From positions 1 through 37,581 of the forward strand of contig NW_021835906.1 in assembly GCF_006345805.1 (NCBI RefSeq): a DNA stretch of 37,581 nt, read 5' to 3'. Position 1 is the stretch's first letter; each line of letters starts with the position of its first letter. The translations under genes and the position numbers were made by a program. Positions 34,794 to 37,581 of this stretch are shown in pieces. The stretch comes from Octopus sinensis. Lineage: Eukaryota. The notes beneath the pieces were generated by a model. It saw nothing but the letters and a program-made list of their open reading frames with translations, was not told the DNA's origin and did not search any database.

Positions 34794-35750
34794 TAAGAAC
34801 TTAATAAAACATACTCGTACACACTTTTGTATATTGCGATATTATTTTAAGGAATTGTTCCACTGTAGTTTGTATGTAAATACCCAAATGCCCCAGACTG
34901 TGACACTTAATTAATATAATGATTGTGACAGTTAATTAGTTTAATGAATTAATGCGTATAAAACACATCAACGTTGATTATATTTTTTTTCAGAATGTTG
35001 TAATGGAAATATGTACTGTAACTGGAAAAACTCTACAGGTTTTCTTGCTTTAGACTTTCTGAAACCGTTAAAAAAATATTGGAGTTGTTCTGTAGATCGA
35101 TACGTTTGTAGAAATACCAATGATCAACGAGGCATCGGTTGTGAAAGTAGAAATCACACAAGCCACAAAAGAAAATGGTAAAGCCAAATTTGTCACCATA
35201 TTTGGTCATATTTAATATATTCTTTGGTTAAAATGGTTGACATTTCACGGGAATTATTTACATTATTTACATTATTTACATTTGACGGATATTTGTTGTT
35301 AGCACAACTGTTTGTCCATGTTCGATTTTCCGAGTTAGAGCCTGTTTACCATGTTCTTTTCACTGAAGATCTGGCTGGCTTGATGGCTCGTGTGGTCTAC
35401 GGCTGATGAGGAGGCATCTGGAGGAGACAGGGACTGACTGGGACTCGGCTCGACGAATCGCCCGGGGGGCGGGGACCCGGGAATTTACAGACAAATGATA
35501 AATGCAGCGACGCACTGCAATGGCGCATGACCCCTACCCATTTTACCTGGCCTGGCCTGACCTGGCCTGGTTGGTAACAGGAGTATGGCACCGGTCCAAA
35601 CGCCTTGTGTCCTTGTAATTATCTAAGCATGGCACCATTACTTTCCAATTTAAGTCACTTACTAATTGAGCTCAAACTAATTACTTGCAGAGGTGTCACA
35701 TCCACCAGGTTGACTTCGCTCAAATTCAGAGAAAAGTCGTCGCCAGTATA

Positions 35751-36172
35751 ATCTTTTCTACACAAGGCACAAGACCCGAAATTTTGGGGGATGGGCAGTC
35801 GATTAGATCAACCGCAGTACGCAACTTGTACTTAATTTATCGATCCCGAATGGATGAAAAGCAAAGTAGACCTCGGCGGAATTTGAACTCAGAACGTAAA
35901 GACAGACGAAATACTGCTAAGCATTTCACCTGATGTGCTAAAGTTTCTTATTTCTTTATTGCCCATTAGGGGCTAAACACAGAGAGGACAAACAAGAACA
36001 GACAAACGGATTAAGTCGATTATATCGACCCCAGTGCGTAACTGGTACTTATTTAATAGACCCCGAAATGATGAAAGGCAAAGTCGACCTCGGCGGAATT
36101 TGAACTCAGAACGTAACGGCAGACGAAATACGGTTACGCATTTCGCCCGGCGTTTCTGCCAGCTCGCCGCCT
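35751..36172 (-). mobile_element. SINE family A dimer
   Basis: Head at 36172 and two core units joined at AAATAAG|AAACTTTAGC. Confidence 0.88.
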
Positions 36173-36377
36173 TTCTTCGCTAGTATAATGAGCAACGATA
36201 ATTAAGGATTACACATCATTTAAGCGTAAAATGGAGCATTGTAATTAAAACACATCAGATTTCTGTATTGTGAGGTCAGAGACAGAACCTTCTTCATTAC
36301 TATTATTGAATTAAGGATTTTTTTGTTTTCTATGAAACTTTTTACCCACAGTGTATAGAGTGTGTGAGTGTAAAGTG

Positions 36378-36980
36378 GAGGTTCTCAACGTAGGCGGCAC
36401 CGACCCAAGGGGGCAATGGGCATGCTGAAGGGGGAGTTAGGCTTTAGGCGGTGAGGGGGCGATAAGGTGACATAACTTACATACGAAATTTTACCTGTAT
36501 TAGTAACTGCATTAACTAGCAATGGTCATTACAATAAAATGCAATCTCATCAGGCACAAGGAGGTCATTAACTTGTAATGTATAAAGTAATTTTAGTCTT
36601 TAGTCTTTGTTAGTTTTTTTGTCCATTTCTAGAGTAAAATTTATAAACTATGATTTATGTTAAATTATTCTGGTCATGATACCTATTTCTTTACTACCCA
36701 CATGGGGCTAAACACAGAGGGGACAAACAAGGACAGACAAACGGATTAAGTCGATTATATCGACCCCAGTGCGTAACTGGTACTTATTTAATCGACCCCG
36801 AAAGGATGAAAGGCAAAGTCGACCTCGGCGGAATTTGAACTCAGAACGTAGCGACAGGCGAAATACTACTAAGCATTTCGCCCGGCGTGCTAACGTTTCT
36901 GCCAGCACCACCTCACTCATCATTTAGGCACAACAAAAATGGGTCGTGGTGCTACGAAAAAGTAGTTAAGAAGCACAGAT
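36378..36980. mobile_element. possible old hAT-type MITE hosting a SINE
   Basis: Ends GAGGTTCTCAAC and GTTAAGAAGCACAG only loosely match the CAGTGGTTCTCAAC-type TIR (9 of 14 positions agree between the two ends). Confidence 0.3.
36678..36912 (-). mobile_element. SINE family A monomer with the alternative tail
   Basis: Head GGCAGAAACGTTAGCACGCCGGGCG, core, and GGGTAGTAAAGAAATAGGTAT end. Confidence 0.88.
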
Positions 36981-37581
36981 GTAAAGGATAACCTGGCAAC
37001 GAGAAAAAAAAGCAGTCTGTGACGTGTCGTCGCAATATAACAATATTTAACATTGATGAGTCCTATCTTCTGGTTCAGCTGGAAGCTAACTCTAAACAGA
37101 GGCAGAACAATAAAAATGGGAAATGATTCGTTAGTTTACACTGCTTAACTTAACTCCTTCTTTAGGCATAACTTAGAAGAAAGCTTAGTCTTCTTCGAAC
37201 TGGTTTCCCGATCACACACAACATAGAACCTGATTCCGGTTAATATATGCAAAATTTCCTTCTAAGCAAAACAAAGCCTCAATTCGTAAGCTAAAGGCAA
37301 AATGGCTGCTAATTTTGGTGGCCGACACGGTGAACAAAACAATACTCTCGTCACGAGTTCTATTAACTCTCATTGTATTTATTTTAATGGACGGTCTATA
37401 GGCAAAGGAAGGGTCACTTGTGGGTCCCACTATATATTCAAAAACGCAGTCTTCGACCAGCTGTGAGTGCTAATACTGTACCTTTTCGAATTTCTTCTAT
37501 TACGCAGTGGATGCTGTATAACACGGGATGCATCATCTCCTCCTCCGCCTCCTTCTCCTCCTCTTCTTCTTCTTCTTCCCC

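Noticed and set aside
35403-35460. CTGATGAG hammerhead start in the GC island
   Set aside because: No GAAA core follows and no stems form.

Overview
AT-rich, repeat-saturated eukaryotic DNA with no host gene I can confidently identify. The two dominant tRNA-type SINE families, the abundant microsatellites and the RTE, CR1 and R4-type LINE fragments suggest a cephalopod (probably Octopus) intronic or intergenic region; this is an inference, not a database result. Contents: two very abundant SINE families (A, often head-to-tail multimers; B, with an internal microsatellite), one Meta-like SINE, decayed APE-RT LINEs (a 5'-truncated CR1 at 30.7-33.1 kb is the best preserved), an RTE 3' fragment, two lineages of restriction-like-endonuclease (R4/Dong-type) retroelement fragments sitting in microsatellites, several TIR elements and palindromes, a Helitron-like element, and a ~4.2 kb (CATA)n satellite that explains all the very long ORFs. 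The most unusual signal is a ~240-nt non-coding dispersed element (family E, four copies) whose four hairpins keep their pairing through compensatory changes. One E insertion has an LTR-like, 131-bp terminal-repeat structure and splits a LINE endonuclease.
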